Assembly: GCF_006345805.1 (NCBI RefSeq)
Contig: NC_043006.1
Span: 54,126,001 to 54,190,000, forward strand
Direction: 5' to 3'
Source: Octopus sinensis
Taxonomy: Eukaryota
Length of the DNA stretch: 64,000 nucleotides
Shown: piece by piece, positions 35,646 to 49,735 of the stretch
Position numbering within the stretch: the stretch's first letter is position 1
Layout of the letters: every line of letters begins with the position of its first letter
Translations under genes and position numbers: made by a program
The notes under the pieces: generated by a model
Database searches by the model: none
Told to the model about the DNA's origin: nothing
Seen by the model: only the letters and a program-made list of their open reading frames with translations

Positions 35646-37881
35646 GAGACAAAATAATTTTCTGTACTGATCCACTGTTTTGCCGAATCTTTGATCAGGT
35701 ACTTAATTCTTCATACTTCAGTTTACCTACTCAGTAATTAGTTCTGGGAAACTTAAATTTAAGTTAATTAACCACTTACTCTTGGATGAATTTCTCTGCT
35801 ACTTAATGTTGCAATAGCTGGAATTATAAAGTTTTAAAAACATTTCACTTAGTTTTGTATTATTTTCTCATCTTTGTTTAGTTGAGCATATAATGGTCTC
35901 TGCTTCTAAGAAATTGTTTGACTCCTACTCTGACCAACATTCCCTCTCATAGTCATGTATTTAGACTTAGTGTACTAACCAAGTTTTTTTTTCTTGGTCT
36001 CATAACTGCATCCTTTAGACTTCCCCCTCTCCAGTTTTCTGGGTTTTTTTTCACTCTACCCACACTTCACTTCATTCCCTTTACCTGTCCACCCAGCCAT
36101 CCTAGATTTTATGACCCCTTCTATTTTGTTTCTCTATCCACCTTTTTGTACCTTAAGTATTATGCCCTGATACTTTATTTCCACCATCCTTTCTCCCTTT
36201 CCTGCTGGGGTGCCCATGTATCACATCTACATCAAGATATCTGCTTCTGTCCCTCTATCATGCTTTATCCCTTCAACACCTGGAAACAATGCCATTTCCT
36301 CAGTACTACATCCCCATTCTGTGAAGGGGTTTTGTAAGTTATTTGGTATCCTCACTAGTGTTGGTGCTATAAAATAAGCAGCCAGTACATTTTGTAAAGT
36401 GGTTGGCATTAGAAAGGGCACTCAGCATAGACCCTACCATTGGAACTTGGCACATTCTTTGGCTTGTTGGCTCTTGTTGAACTGTCCAGCCCATGCCAGT
36501 ATGGAAGATGGACATTAAATGATGATGATATTCAGTTGTCATCATCATCATCATCATTTGTATATCTATTCTTTCCTCCCATGTTTGTAAGGATTAGATG
36601 AGTCACACTATATCATGTTTTTTCCCCTCTTTTTTTGCCATATAGATTAAGAGGAAAACTGCTAGACCTTGTGTTTTGGCAAGTATTTTTATAGCTGGAT
36701 GTCCTATCACCAATCATTTTACAGCATAGATTGGAGTGACTTTATTATTCTACTGGCACTGAGAGTCTGTGGCAAGACTAAAGAGTCTCTTCTGCCTCAT
36801 GCAAGGTTTTATCTATATATATAAAACAGAGTTTGTGTGTGGTACATATGTTCCTTATGAATTCAAAAACTGAATTGCCAATTTTGACAATATGAGGTAT
36901 CAAAAGATTCAGTAATCTTTCAGCTATCAAATGAAGTATGTTTTCTGCACAACAGCTCTTTTTTACTACAAAAAATAAGCATGAAAACAAGGTTGGGTTG
37001 CACAATTTTGAGGTCATTCTTGGGCAATATTTGGGTTTGCTTCTAATGTTTTTCATGTCAAAAAATGCAGCAATGTACAAGGAATGTTACGAGTGTATTA
37101 GTGATGCACAAAATCCTATTTGTCAATGGAAAATGACCAAAAAACATGCTTTTTTTGGAACAATTATTGGCATGTTTTCTGTCAGTAATGGCCTTTGTAC
37201 CACATCTAAACTGCTAATGCGAACATCTCCAGTATTCCATAATCAAACAATGTCTTTGAAGTATTGTGATACCATTTCTTTGCACAAAGCCCCATTTTTC
37301 AATGGAAAATTGACTAATGAACTGTATCTGACATAATTGTGATTGCTTCTGGCATTACTATCGCAAACAATTTGTCAATGTAGATTTTCTTGGTAGCAAA
37401 CGACTCGGGTTTAAATTCAATAAAATTACCTCAAGAATTAAGCACAGTAAGATCCTATATTCGTTTAAGAGCGGTAAAGATGTGAAACAGTGACTGAAAC
37501 CTTTCAAGCTTTTTGCCTTTAACACTTTTCTTTTTATTCAAACCAATTTATGCAAAGTTGCTTATCGTTATTAATATATATTCATGCCTATTATTCATTC
37601 CATAAGCTCCAAAGTTTGTTAGGATTTTGCTACAATCTCTCTATTCTTCATAGTGGTTGAGCATGTACTATAACATGAGTGGTGCAATGGAAAACAAATG
37701 TTTGTCCTGATAACCTCAGTGAAGACAAGAACAACGCGTATCTATGTGAGGACAAAGTAAGGTCACATACGCATATGAGTCCACCCACAGTGCGTGTCCC
37801 TTCATTGGTCGGGATGCAATGCTGGAGTGCATTGTGTGTGGTGTGTACTTTCCGCTTGGACTAAAATTTGAGTGTGTGTGT

Positions 37882-38180
37882 GGAGGTGCAATGGCCCAAT
37901 GGTTAGGGCAGCGGACTCACAGTCGGAGGATCGCGGTTTCGATTCCCAGACCGGGCATTGTGTGTGTTTATTGAGCAAAAACACCTAAAACTCCATGAGG
38001 CTCCAGCAGGGGGTGGTGACAACTCATGTTGTACTATTTCGCCCAACTTTCTCTCACTCTTTCTTCCTGTTTCTTGAGTAATGCTGTGATGGACTGCCGT
38101 CCTGTCCAGCTGGGGGGAACACATATGCCACAGAAACCGGGCCCATGAGCCTGGCTAAGCTTGAAAATGGTGCATAAATA
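37882..38180 (+). mobile_element. SINE sharing head and body with family D but with a different 3' tail
   Basis: The first ~190 bp match 5571 onward. The tail gccacagaaaccgggcccatgagcctggct...ataaataaa is unrelated to the 5571 tail. Confidence 0.82.
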
Positions 38181-38188
38181 AATATATA

Positions 38189-38227
<39 letters not shown>

Positions 38228-38524
38228 CAATGTGGCTGTAGGTCACAACACCTGGGCAACGCTAGGGTGCATTGCTAGTATAGAGTTATTGCTTACTTTG
38301 ACATATTGTACTTGCTTCAGCTTACTGAGTACACATCTCTCTCATGAAGTTAAAGCAGAATCCGTTTTATATATATTAATTTCAAAATTTGGTACAAGGC
38401 CAGCAATTTCAGGGGAAGGGGTTAAATTGGTTGCATTGACCCCAGTACTCAACGGGTATTTATTTTATCAACTCTCAAGGACCTTATGGCTGAGAGAGAG
38501 TGGGGTTTGCTTCTAATGTTTGGG

Positions 38525-38673
38525 TTTACTTTACAATCAAGTAAGGATCAACTGGTGTAGTACTGTTTGGGGCCATCCATACATACAGGCATGTCCTTTA
38601 TGGACATGTCTGTATGTATGGATGGCCCCAAACAGTACTACACCAGTTGATCCTTACTTGATTGTAAAGTAAA
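38525..38673. repeat. Near-perfect palindrome, 72-bp arms, 5-nt loop
   Basis: 38525-38596 pairs with 38602-38673; the single difference is a G-U-compatible pair. Confidence 0.97.
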
Positions 38674-41299
38674 GCCAAAGTGAAGATTTTTTTATAACAT
38701 ACTCATGTTTGGTAGAGTAAGTTTGTTTGGAATTTTTTGCAGTGCACTGGTTTGGAATTTTAATTCATAAGTGCTGATATTGTTTACTGCCAAATTATCA
38801 CTGTAGAATATGTTTACTACTGGATATTATTAGAACTTCAATTATGGTTATATTTCTTTGAATTACATTTCTACGAGAATTACTTTTATCTGTTTGGAAA
38901 CTATAAATTATCAACAATTGTATTGTTTTTTTTTAGTATAATGCTATCAATTGGACAAACAGAAACTGTAAAGAGATTGAGATAGAGATCAAATTTGGTA
39001 TTGATAATTATGTATTTCAACCCCTAGTGCTGGTGCCTTGTAAAGTGCACTCAGTACTCCCTTTAAAGCAGGAAGGGCATCCAGCCATAGAAACTAAACC
39101 AAAACAGACTTTGGAGTTTGGCACAGTCATCTGGCTTGCCAACAGTTCTCAGACCTTCCAATCCATGCCAGCATAGAAAACGGATGTTAAATGATGATGG
39201 TGATGACTAAAATTTTAAAAAAATATTTGCTTGAACCCAATTAGAGCATTATATCATGACATTTTAAGTGTTAAAGGCAACACTGGATTAAAAAGAAAGA
39301 AAATAATGGTGTGGTGGGTGGAAAGAATATATACATATTAAGATGGAGTGTTGGGATAGGAAAATGTAACCAAGTCTCTTTGAAATTACAATTAACTAAA
39401 TAGTGTAAGTTTTAATATTTAGGATAAAATATCAGTGTAGCTTCTCTGTTGAACTTCCTTTTAGTCATAAATACTTTCATTCTAATAGCCTCTTTTCTCA
39501 AACTGCTGATCTCCAAAACATCTTGTTTTCCTTCGCTCTATGATATTCAGTCTTTTAAGCTTTCTGTTGAATTTGTAGGCTCCTTCTTTTCCTTCTTTAT
39601 AGTCTTTTATACTATAATGGCTCCGACACTTGTTTGGAACAGAATCTAGTAAAAAAAAATCCCAGTTTAGAATTGTCATAAGTTGTGACTAAAAGGTTTA
39701 GCATCAGAAAGAGCATCTGATTGTAAATTGCTGCCTCAGAAAGAGGCTCTGTGATGAGTATGGTTATATAGGATATAGTGCACTGCAAAACATCCCATGG
39801 TACTCCTTGCTAGAACTTGAGATTTGTGAACCGAACCGAAGTTGATTTACAATGGTCCGGTGCCTGATGTTTCTTGTTTCTGAAAGTGATTGATTGAAAG
39901 GAGAGATGGAAATGAATGTAGAAGGATATAGAGGAAGACTAAAAGACCTGGTTCAAGGTGATGGAAGAGGAAAATAAGGGCAAAGGGAGATGTAGAAGAC
40001 AGGACAAAATATAGAAGACTGTCATGGGGCCCTTCAAGAATAACTCTTGTTTTAGCCGGGGGAAGAATTGGCCTTAAAATGCTTATTGTTAATGTTTTCG
40101 AAAATATAAATCTGATTTCCATGTTGGAACGAGATTCTTGTGAATAAGAAGAAGAAGCAGTAATGATTTCTAACATAAGCACAAAAGCACATGTTTGTGG
40201 AAAAGAACAAGGGACTATATTAGTTTTGGTGCTGCGTTGGTCTTTCATTTTATTGGACCCAGTAGTAGAAAAGACAAACTCAACTTAGGAACTATTTGAA
40301 CTCAGAATGTAAAGTGGTAAAACTTACTGTAAAGTAATTTTGTTAGTTGCTTTACTGATTTTTGGATATGACTTGAAACTGTATTTGGTGGTGAGGCTTG
40401 AATTTGAGAGTTCAGGAGCTTGGGGGAATATGGAATTACCCCCTTATTCACCACTACTTCCAGGTTTGCTCTGACCTGGTGTTACAGTACCTGTTAAGAG
40501 CCCCAGTTATGTGTCAATATCAGATGGTGCTGTGGTTAAAGCATACTGGAATGGAGGGGGGCTGGCCTCTGCACATGTCATACAGGACTACCAGTTTGTG
40601 AACATACCCTGATGTCATGTGACCCAGTCCCCTTGTCTTAGGGTTAAATAGTCCTTGTACCTCAAGGGTAAACTTGAGAGTGCAAGAAATTAGTAGGGTA
40701 AACTTTAGGAAACCAATGCTGTATTCTTCCTAACAAAAATCATAATGCTTTAGACTTTACATAATATACACAACATATAGGATGTTGGACAGGAAGGTAT
40801 GGAGGTCCATGGTTGTTGATGTCTGTCAGTGTGTCATGTAACAAGAGGGAATAAGATGCAGACAAACTTGTATTAATATTTTCTTAGAGTTGTCCATCTT
40901 TACGTTCTGAGTTCAAATTTTGCTGATGTCACCTTTGCCGTTCATCCTTTCGGGTTGATAATACAAGTACCAGTTGAACACTGGGGTCAATATAATCAAC
41001 ATATTCCCTCCCCCAAAACTGCTGGCCTTGTGCCAAAATTTCAAATCAATGCTTTCTAAGTGTTCCATTACTCTTGATCAAGTTCATACTGATTAAATTT
41101 GTAGTTGTGCTGGTAGTAATCCTTCTTTACTATTACTGCTCCCTACTTACTAAGTTAACACCGTAGTAATATGTTAATGACGATGAAATTACAAATGCAG
41201 CAGTTAGCATATTCACAAATTGATTTGTCAGTTGTCTTGCATCCACTCATCAGTTGAAAATGTATTCAAGCTTGTTATTTTTCATCACCATTGTTTTAA

Positions 41300-41521
41300 C
41301 CCTTAAGCATTTAAACCAGCAAATATCTGGCCAAAATATTCTATCCATTTTATGTTCAAACTGGTCAGATCTGGTCTCTCACACTTACCCTACATTGTCA
41401 TTCTAAAGAGTTAACTGTTGCCTCATCAAAATCTCAAAGCTACGAGATGATGCATGATTAATGCAAAACAATGTGAGTCAATAAGCATTACATTTGAAAG
41501 AATAAGTTGAATGCTAAAGGG
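41300..41521. mobile_element. piggyBac-type MITE (TTAA TSD)
   Basis: TTAA|CCCTTAAGCATT...AATGCTAAAGGG|TTAA. Related copies at 46431-46649 and ~62365-62500. Confidence 0.9.
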
Positions 41522-41729
41522 TTAATGAAGGATGTGTATCACTGCTGTTATACCCAGATTTCAACTGCTGCCCTTACCTGGAAATAGTACCAGTTTACAA
41601 TCTTACCCTTATTTAGAAGTGCAGTAGACTATCAAGGGTCAACTGTTGCTCTTATTTAGAGGGTTAGTGACTGTATTTAACTAGGGAACAGTACACTGGA
41701 TCTACCAATATTTTTACCCTTGCCCTTAA

Positions 41730-41951
41730 CCCTTTTAATACCAACTCGGCTGAAACCGGCTCTCGCTCTGTAGTACAAATGTCTTCTTTTCATAAGTTTT
41801 GAATTAAAATCTTCCACCAAACCTTAGTCACAGTTTATGTTCTCAACACCAGCTAAATGATAACTAATTTATTTTACTAAATTCTTTATTATATCTAAAA
41901 TTAATTGAAAGAAACACAGAACATCTCAAAATATATGTGGTAACAAAAGGG
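41730..41951. mobile_element. Second piggyBac-type MITE family (TTAA TSD)
   Basis: TTAA|CCCTTTT...AAAAGGG|TTAA. A partial inverted relative lies at ~51110-51245. Confidence 0.88.
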
Positions 41952-42892
41952 TTAATATCAGTAGTCTGACATCATACCCTGCAGTTATCATGTCTCTTCA
42001 CTATTCACTAGACATGACAACAGAATCTCGAACATTAAGGACATTTATTACAAATGAAAATTTTACAATCAATATGCAGAAAATTTTTACTTATTTTGTC
42101 TTATCATCTTTATTGTTTGATCTTTCATTCAGATATTCTTCAGTTTCAATTTCTCTGGGACACTTTCATTAACTTTAAAAGATTCCCATAGAAATATCTA
42201 TATCTCTCATCACTGGACTCACCCATTCCTTCTCTGTACTTTGTTCTCTTTCTCTCTCTCTCAGCACACTGTATGTAGTTATCTGAATTATTCTCAGTCA
42301 TTTATTGATGTGCCATGCTCAGGTGCCACTCCTATTTCAGCTGATACATCACACTGTGTCTGGGTGCTACTGTCTCCCCTTTTGACATTTGAATGGGTGG
42401 GGCATCCAACTATTTAAATTTGTTTTATATATCTTTTATCTCCACCTCCTTGAACCTTTCCCTGCCTCTTATCCAACCACTTCTGTATTAATCATATCAA
42501 TATTTAATTTCTACTTAATCTTGGGAGAGATAGAGAGAGGGTGTGAGAAAGTGAGGTCAGATCCATATAGATCTGAAACTCCTGCTTACAATTGAGGGAA
42601 AACATTTGTCCTCAGACAATCCTGTTCTATCAGAGATATTTTTTTTCCAAGAGATTTCACTTGCTTTCCTCTTTTTCATATTTGGTGAAGGTTTTCACTT
42701 AGCTGTCCTTCACACAAGCTGTAGCCACTTGAAATGCCTGACAGCTTTTAATGATGTTTGCTTGGTTAGTTGGAAGCTGTTTCTTCAACTTCTAGGAGAA
42801 AGTCTCAAGATTTTTGTAATTCTTAGCACACTTTGGCAAAATTCTTATCTGAAGATACCCCCTTCCCGTCTTTATCTTTCTGTCTCACTCAC

Positions 42893-42951
<59 letters not shown>

Positions 42952-43735
42952 AAAACACAAATGGAGAAGATATTGGACAACTAGTTTGTGAGCCAGGAGT
43001 TCCAATCTACCCAAATACCTTACTACTGTCTCTGGGCTTAGCACTTTAATTCTATGCCATAATTTATTTAGCTATTAGCATTAGGTAACTGCTAACCTAT
43101 GAACAGAATAGGGTTGGATTCTTTCAAGAGAAAGTTTCAGGTTGTCACAAGTAGTAGTAGTAGTAGTAGTAGTAGTGGTTGTAGTGGTGTTAGTACTACT
43201 TTAGTGCAAAGTGCTGATTTCATGATAGTTTGTTTACATGTGAAAACATTATTATTATTATTATTTTGATGTACAGGCTTTATGACACCACTTATTTAAT
43301 TCTATTGGGATTTGAGGTCTGTAACACACTATTGTGTCGCAAAATGAAATTGAACAAGGTGGTAGGAAATATAAATAGTATGGCTGAAAAATAACTTGAT
43401 CTATTTAGAAATGTGTGACAACTTAGAGAAATTGTATACAGCAACTTGTTTCACAGGAACATTTCCCTACAGACTTTCGGACAATTTTCTGTTGTTATAA
43501 CATCCAAACTTAATAAAATTTCTGATGCAACAAGCTTTTCTTCAATAACGCCCTTTGACATATATATATGTGCAACTATAAATCCAGACATATTTTTTTC
43601 TCTCTCTGTCTATTTTCTGTCCTCATTTCATTCTGCAGAAGAGCATAGACTCAAAATGTCAAAGACTCAAACTAATACTCCTTGTTTGTTGTTCCTTTAC
43701 CTGTCTCTCTCTCTTGGTTTTTGTACGATTTTGAA

Positions 43736-43782
<47 letters not shown>

Positions 43783-43789
43783 TATATGG

Positions 43790-44261
43790 TTTTAAGGGTA
43801 TCATGGAAGGCCTGGTTGGAGGCCCAACCTTCCAAGTTCTTTTACAGAAAAACTGAAGGACTGCTGCAATAAGTGTGAATCTGAGAGGGGAATATCATCA
43901 TCATCATCATTTTACGTCTGTTGTCCATGCTGGCATGGGTCAGACAGTTTGACTGGGCTGGCATGCTGGAAGGCTGTGCCAGACTCCAGTCTGATTTGGC
44001 ATGGTTTTCTGCACCTGGATGCCCTTCCTAACACCAACCACTCTGAAAGTGTAATGGGTGCTTTTATGTGCCACCAGCATAGGTGCCATTTGTGTGACAC
44101 TGGGGTGTGTTTATGTGCCAATATGTGTGATGCCAGTATTTGCAACAACTGTGATTTTGCTTGGCTTGATGAATCTTCTTCTCAGGATAAAATCATAATT
44201 AACTGATCCTCCTTCTGTATTTTCTTTTACCCAAAGCCAGGAACTTTTCAGCACCCCTTTG
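43790..44261 (+). mobile_element. Mariner-derived MITE with nested RTE 3' UTR fragment (~43895-44185)
   Basis: Matches 31694-31870 on both sides of the insert. Right TIR ...cagcacccctttg|TA. Confidence 0.82.
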
Positions 44262-46430
44262 TATATATAATTTCTACTATAGCACAAGGCCTGGAATTGT
44301 GGAGGAAGAAGTTAGTCAATTATATTGACCCCAGTGCTCAACTGGACTTATTTTATTGATGCTAAAATGATGAAAAATAAAGTCAAGCTCTATCAGATGT
44401 CCCAAGTCTGCTAAATTGCTACATTACACACACACACACACACACACACAATTACTTCCAACATCATCAATGTAGACATCAAAATAGTTATCATTACCAC
44501 TATAATTACTACTTTCACCAATACCACAATGATTGCCATCATCATCATCATCATCATAAGATTTAGATCTTATTTTTCCAAGTGATTAAGGTTAAAATTT
44601 TAGGGGTATTTTTCATTGGGGTTTTGGATTTTGGGCCAGTGCTTAAGAACATTGGTAGTCTTTAGTTAAAAAACAATGTTGTAAATTCAGGCTATTCTAA
44701 AGAATGTGCATTTTGCATGTGTTTTCCCATGTTAGCATGGGTTAGATGCATAGATATGATTGAGGCATTGTTCTACAGCTAGATGCCTTTCCTGTCACTA
44801 ACCTTTTACCTTTTTTTTTAATTAAGGGATTTCTTATTCCTCATTTTTGAAAGTGCAAGAGGATTTGTTGGGAGGTAAATGACTAAATTTCATTTCTTGT
44901 AGCTTATGCTTTTTCATGTGGCAGATGCACACACAAATACATGCACATGTGTCAGCAACCCACCACATACACATGGTGAGCTTTGTGCACTGTCCATCAA
45001 CCAAATTCACTGACAAGTTATTAACCAAGCTGGGGCTTGCGACTGAACCCCAAACCATGTGGTTGACTAAAAATACTGAATACTAAGCTCAACAAAGAAA
45101 TTTTCTCGTGTAGGAACACCACTCTAGTTTCAAGATGGCACCCAAAAGTAAATAAATAAATGAATAAATAATAGTGGATTGTTTGAATTAGTACTGGAAA
45201 TCACAGGAATTGATATGATTAGTAGTTGTGATGGTTGTTTGTCCCTTTATTATTGTAATAAGGGCACAATTGAAGCTCCAGATAGTCATGTGGGGATTCA
45301 CTGAAATGGCACCTCGTTCTTTTTTCTGGGACTAAATTTGAACATATCAACAGAACTTAATGAACAGAAAATCTCTAGATGGTTTCTTGGCCAGCTAGAA
45401 ACAGCAGCTGAATCTCTCTCAAATCATGACCTATTAATTTAAATAATAGCTTGTACACTTTAAGAACACAATGCCACTGAACCTATTATTAGAAATAACA
45501 GTCAAATATCAGATCACGTTCTACAAGAATGAAGGACACATTGGATAATGTGGTCCTTGATACAATCTGCCTGGGAAAAGTAAAGAAATGATGCAATGAT
45601 CCTAGTTTAAATGCCTTTGACCAATAAGTTTGTTTGGCCATTTCTAACCCTAGGCTAAACCACAATAACTTGTTCTTGTATACTACAGATACTGATTTTT
45701 ATGTTTTTCCATGTGTAGGTTTTGTCTTTTATGTCCTTAGTTGGAATTCTCTATAATGCAATTAATTCAGGAATGTAAATCCTTGAAAAGCTTCCACCAG
45801 TCATAGTAAAGTAAGTAGACATAGAATGGTAGATGTGGTTTATCTTAATATAGTGGAATATTTATTGATTTTCAGATCATAGATCCATATCTTTATTTCA
45901 GTATGTTGCTCTTAGTGTATTAATTAGTCTGGTTGAAAATAGAGTTATTCTTGTTACCGTTGTTGTCTTCCACTACCACCACCACCACAACCGTATGTCT
46001 ATAGAGAAACTTTTGAGTGACAGCCATAAAAACACTAAATGACAACTTGTATACAGATATTCAAATTTGCTTAAACTATTCTACCTATGCTGTCATCATT
46101 ATTGTCGTCATCCTCATCATCCATCAGTTTATTTTATCATCTAATGTTTAATACTGTGAAAGAGTTTCACAGGTCTGCATTACAACACATTGTTACTCTT
46201 ATTCCTTTGTCATATCATCTGTAAGGTCCTTGATTCCTGTGAGTTCATGTTAGCACTTTTTCCCACTTCTTCCTATGATGGAAGTCCTTTTTACTGTCGA
46301 TAAATATGAATCAGCAAAAAAGGACTCCCTGTGCTTGCTGGAACTGCTTGAAATAAGAGCCAAACTGTCTTCAAACTAAACCCTAGAATTTTGAAAAGAA
46401 CATATTGAATAACGTAGAGCAAGGTTCTAA

Positions 46431-46649
46431 CCCTTTAGCATTTAAACTGTCCATATCTAGCCCAAATATTTTACTTGTTTTCTGTTAAAACTGACCAGAT
46501 CCAACCTCTCACACCTACTGACAATGTCATTTAAAAAATATACAGATACACCATTGAAATCTCCAAGCTACAAGATAATGCGTGATTAATTCAAAACAAT
46601 GTGAATAAATAAGCAATACATTTGACAAAGAAATCTGAAAGCTAAATGG
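46431..46649. mobile_element. piggyBac-type MITE, diverged copy of 41300-41521
   Basis: ctaa|ccctttagcatt...gctaaatgg|ttaa, with internal similarity to the 41300 copy. Confidence 0.8.
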
Positions 46650-48599
46650 TTAAAGAACAAAAATCATGAATTAGTCTCATAGTTGGAAGGTCTTTGACCA
46701 TAGATCTACACAATTTAGGTTGCCAGGGTGTGTGTGTTTGTGTGGCTAAAGAACAACGACCAGCATCAGTAAAGACATTTATTGACTTTGAGCTGCTTAT
46801 CCATTTATGTAACATGCCTAGTTCAGTGGAGTTGGAGTTGTCTTTCTCACATACTCTTCTGTTATTTTAAAAAATAGTTCTGTAAAGTATTTTCACTATC
46901 ATGCTCTGTTGAACTTGTACCCAGCACTGTCTGTAAGTTCCCGAACTGTCTATAATTTATTCTCTTTCTTGTCTGTTAACTTCCATTATAATACTAAAGC
47001 TAAGCATCAGACTTTAACAGTTCCTTGTTCCCACTAGAAATTATTTACATGACATTTTCCCTATCATCACAAATACACAATTTGAACTGAACATTAGTCA
47101 TACAAGTTTCTTGCTGTTATTCTTAGCATCCACTCAAATCTTAGTAAGACTATGGACCGTTGTTTTCTTATTATTAGACTAAGGAATAATTTCAAAAGAG
47201 AAAAGGCAAGGTGGGGGCAGTTCTAAGAGAAAGAAAATCTTTCCTCATCATCAAAGGTAATTGCTTCCTAAAACATCAACCAACTATTTTGAACTCTAGG
47301 CACCATGCTCTACTGATCTCTTACCCTCTATACTAATGAGGTCACCTTATCTATTTACTTCCGGTAGACAAGCAACAGTAGTCTATGTAATTCTTTCTCT
47401 GTGGGAAGTTCATTCTTGTCAGTCACACTAGTTAGTGCATTTGGTAATATTGATAAGGTTGAAGAGATTTGAACATAGTGGTGTTGTCATCATCCACATC
47501 GTTATTACTGTTGCTGTCATTCTTGTTGCAGGCTCATGTAATCACTTTTCCATGCCAGTACATATGATAAAAATGGGTGGTGCCTCTACTAATCTACAAA
47601 GTGGATATTATAGTGATGGTAATGGTGATGATGATGTTCAGTATCAGTTGTTTTTTGTTTTTTTCACAAGTCAACATGGGTTGTATAGTTCTGCAAATAT
47701 TCTGTGTGATTAGTTTTTAATTTTCCATGTGGGGTCGGTTATGGACAGGATTGGTAGTGGATTAAATGTCTTGTAGTATTTAGTTGCATCCCTTCACATT
47801 CTAAGTTCAAATCCTGCTGAGATCAATGGACTTCATTTTTCATCTTTCCAGGGTTTTCAGATTTGTACCAGTCATGTATGGGTAAGTGGGGGGGGGTCGA
47901 TTTAATCAATTAAACACTTTCTATGACCTTATGTCTGTGTTAGAAATTGCTATTTTACTGGGAGGTGAGCATCAGACAGGCTAACAACACATGAGATGAA
48001 ATGCCTTGAAGTATTTAGATATTGAGGGCAGTTTCAGTGACTATATCCTTAAAATTTGTGGTCTTGTGGTATGGTTCTGTGTGGTTAAGAAGTTTATTTG
48101 ACAAACATGTGGTTAACAGTTTGACAGTATTGCAAAGTTTTAGACAAATTGAATTTCAATTCAATCCAAAATTTCTGAATGGATTTGCATAGGGAGAAAA
48201 TTGAAGAAGCCAGTCAGCTTCTTTAATACCACCACTTAACCTTTATTTTTTTTTAGCAGCTTATGTTTTGTAATCATTCAGAGATCTGTTCCATCCTGCC
48301 ACGAACCAAAACTTGTGATTCTTGCTACTTTATCTTTGTTACTCATAGAATACCTCTATAAGTTTCTGGTACTGCCCTTCCTCCTCTCGCTAAGCCATAA
48401 ATCAAATTTTAGAATCAATTATTACTCAGAAGTCATTTTTATTGTGTGCTTCCACTGCATTATTGAAATCAACTGTGATATGGTGTTTTGTTTTGGTTTA
48501 ATATTTTTTACTGTATTGGTATGTTATACATATTTATATACATCATATGACTATACCAGCATAGTCTTCTCTCTTGCTCACTATATCTGATGCCTCTTA

Positions 48600-49290
48600 T
48601 GCTTAATTTTCCTCTTAAATCATTTACTCTCTTTTGTACATGCACACTGATGTAACCCAGCTAGCATTTCTTTCAAGCCTTTGCATGTCCCCTGTAGTCA
48701 GCCCGTATTTCATACACAGGCATCATACAATCTGCCTTTCACTCTGAGGGAGAGGCTCTTTGTGCCCAACAAAGGTAGTAGCTCTCTGAACTTTGCCCAG
48801 CTCATTCTAACAACTAAGTTTTCAGAACTTCCTCCTCCTCTGCTATCTTGATCATCGAGGTAACAGAAGCTATCTGCTATTTCTAAGTGCCCTCCCCCAC
48901 CTCAGAATATTTGAGGAAGTCTTTTTTTCTCTGCATTCTTAGTGTTTATTGTATCTGCACATCTGCCACATGCCAAAGTTACTTTCTGTTAATCTTCCTG
49001 TGATACTGCTGCACCTCTTTCTTATATGTTCATAGCTTGCACTGGGTACATCGTATGGAATTTCTACCTATCAAGCAGGGCCATCTGCCTGAAGAGATTA
49101 GTAATTTGTCTTGTTTTCCTACTGACTAGGACTTTGGTTGCAACTAAATTTACTTACAGGATTTTTGATTCCAGACCTTGCTTCCATACCTGAAATTTCT
49201 TCTAGTTCTTGTAGCGATTCAGCTATAAGACCAATGAAAACTGAACTGATGTCTATGTAGAAGTTTTTCTTACTTTTCCTTCATATAGTC
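48600..49290 (-). mobile_element. Decayed RTE LINE RT/C-terminal fragment
   Basis: Reverse-complement similarity to ~29760-30420 (agagcctctccctcagagtgaaaggcagattgtatgatgcctgtg). Confidence 0.75.
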
Positions 49291-49324
49291 TACTAGTTCA
49301 CTGATCTCATTTTAATAATAATAA

Positions 49325-49735
49325 TAATCCTTTCCACTATAGGCACAAAGCCTGAAATTTTGTGGGAGGGCGATAGTCGATTACATTGACCCCCAGTGTC
49401 CAGCTGGTACTTATTTTATTGACCCTGAAAGGATGAAAGGCAAAAATCGACCTCAGTGGATTTTGAACTCAGAATGTAAAGTTGGACAAAATGCCACTAA
49501 GCATTTTGCCCGGTGTACTAATGATTCTGCCAGCTTGCCTTCTCCTTTCGGTTATAGACACAAGGCCTGAAATTTTAGGGGATGGTGACACTTGATTATA
49601 TTGACCCCAGTGTTCAACTGATACTTTTTCGTTATCCCCCCCCCCCCACCTCATCCCTCACAAAAGGATGAACGGCAAAGTCGACCTTGGCAGATTTTGA
49701 GCTCAATACGTAGTGACAGGCAAAATACCCCTAAG
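49325..49735 (-). mobile_element. Cluster of older SINE family B copies
   Basis: Two family bodies (gaaaggatgaaaggc.../cgaccttggcagatttga). Confidence 0.8.

Noticed and set aside
36770-37860. Coding-like stretch, possibly a DNA-transposon relic
   Set aside because: Multiple stops in all frames and no motif I can assign to a family.
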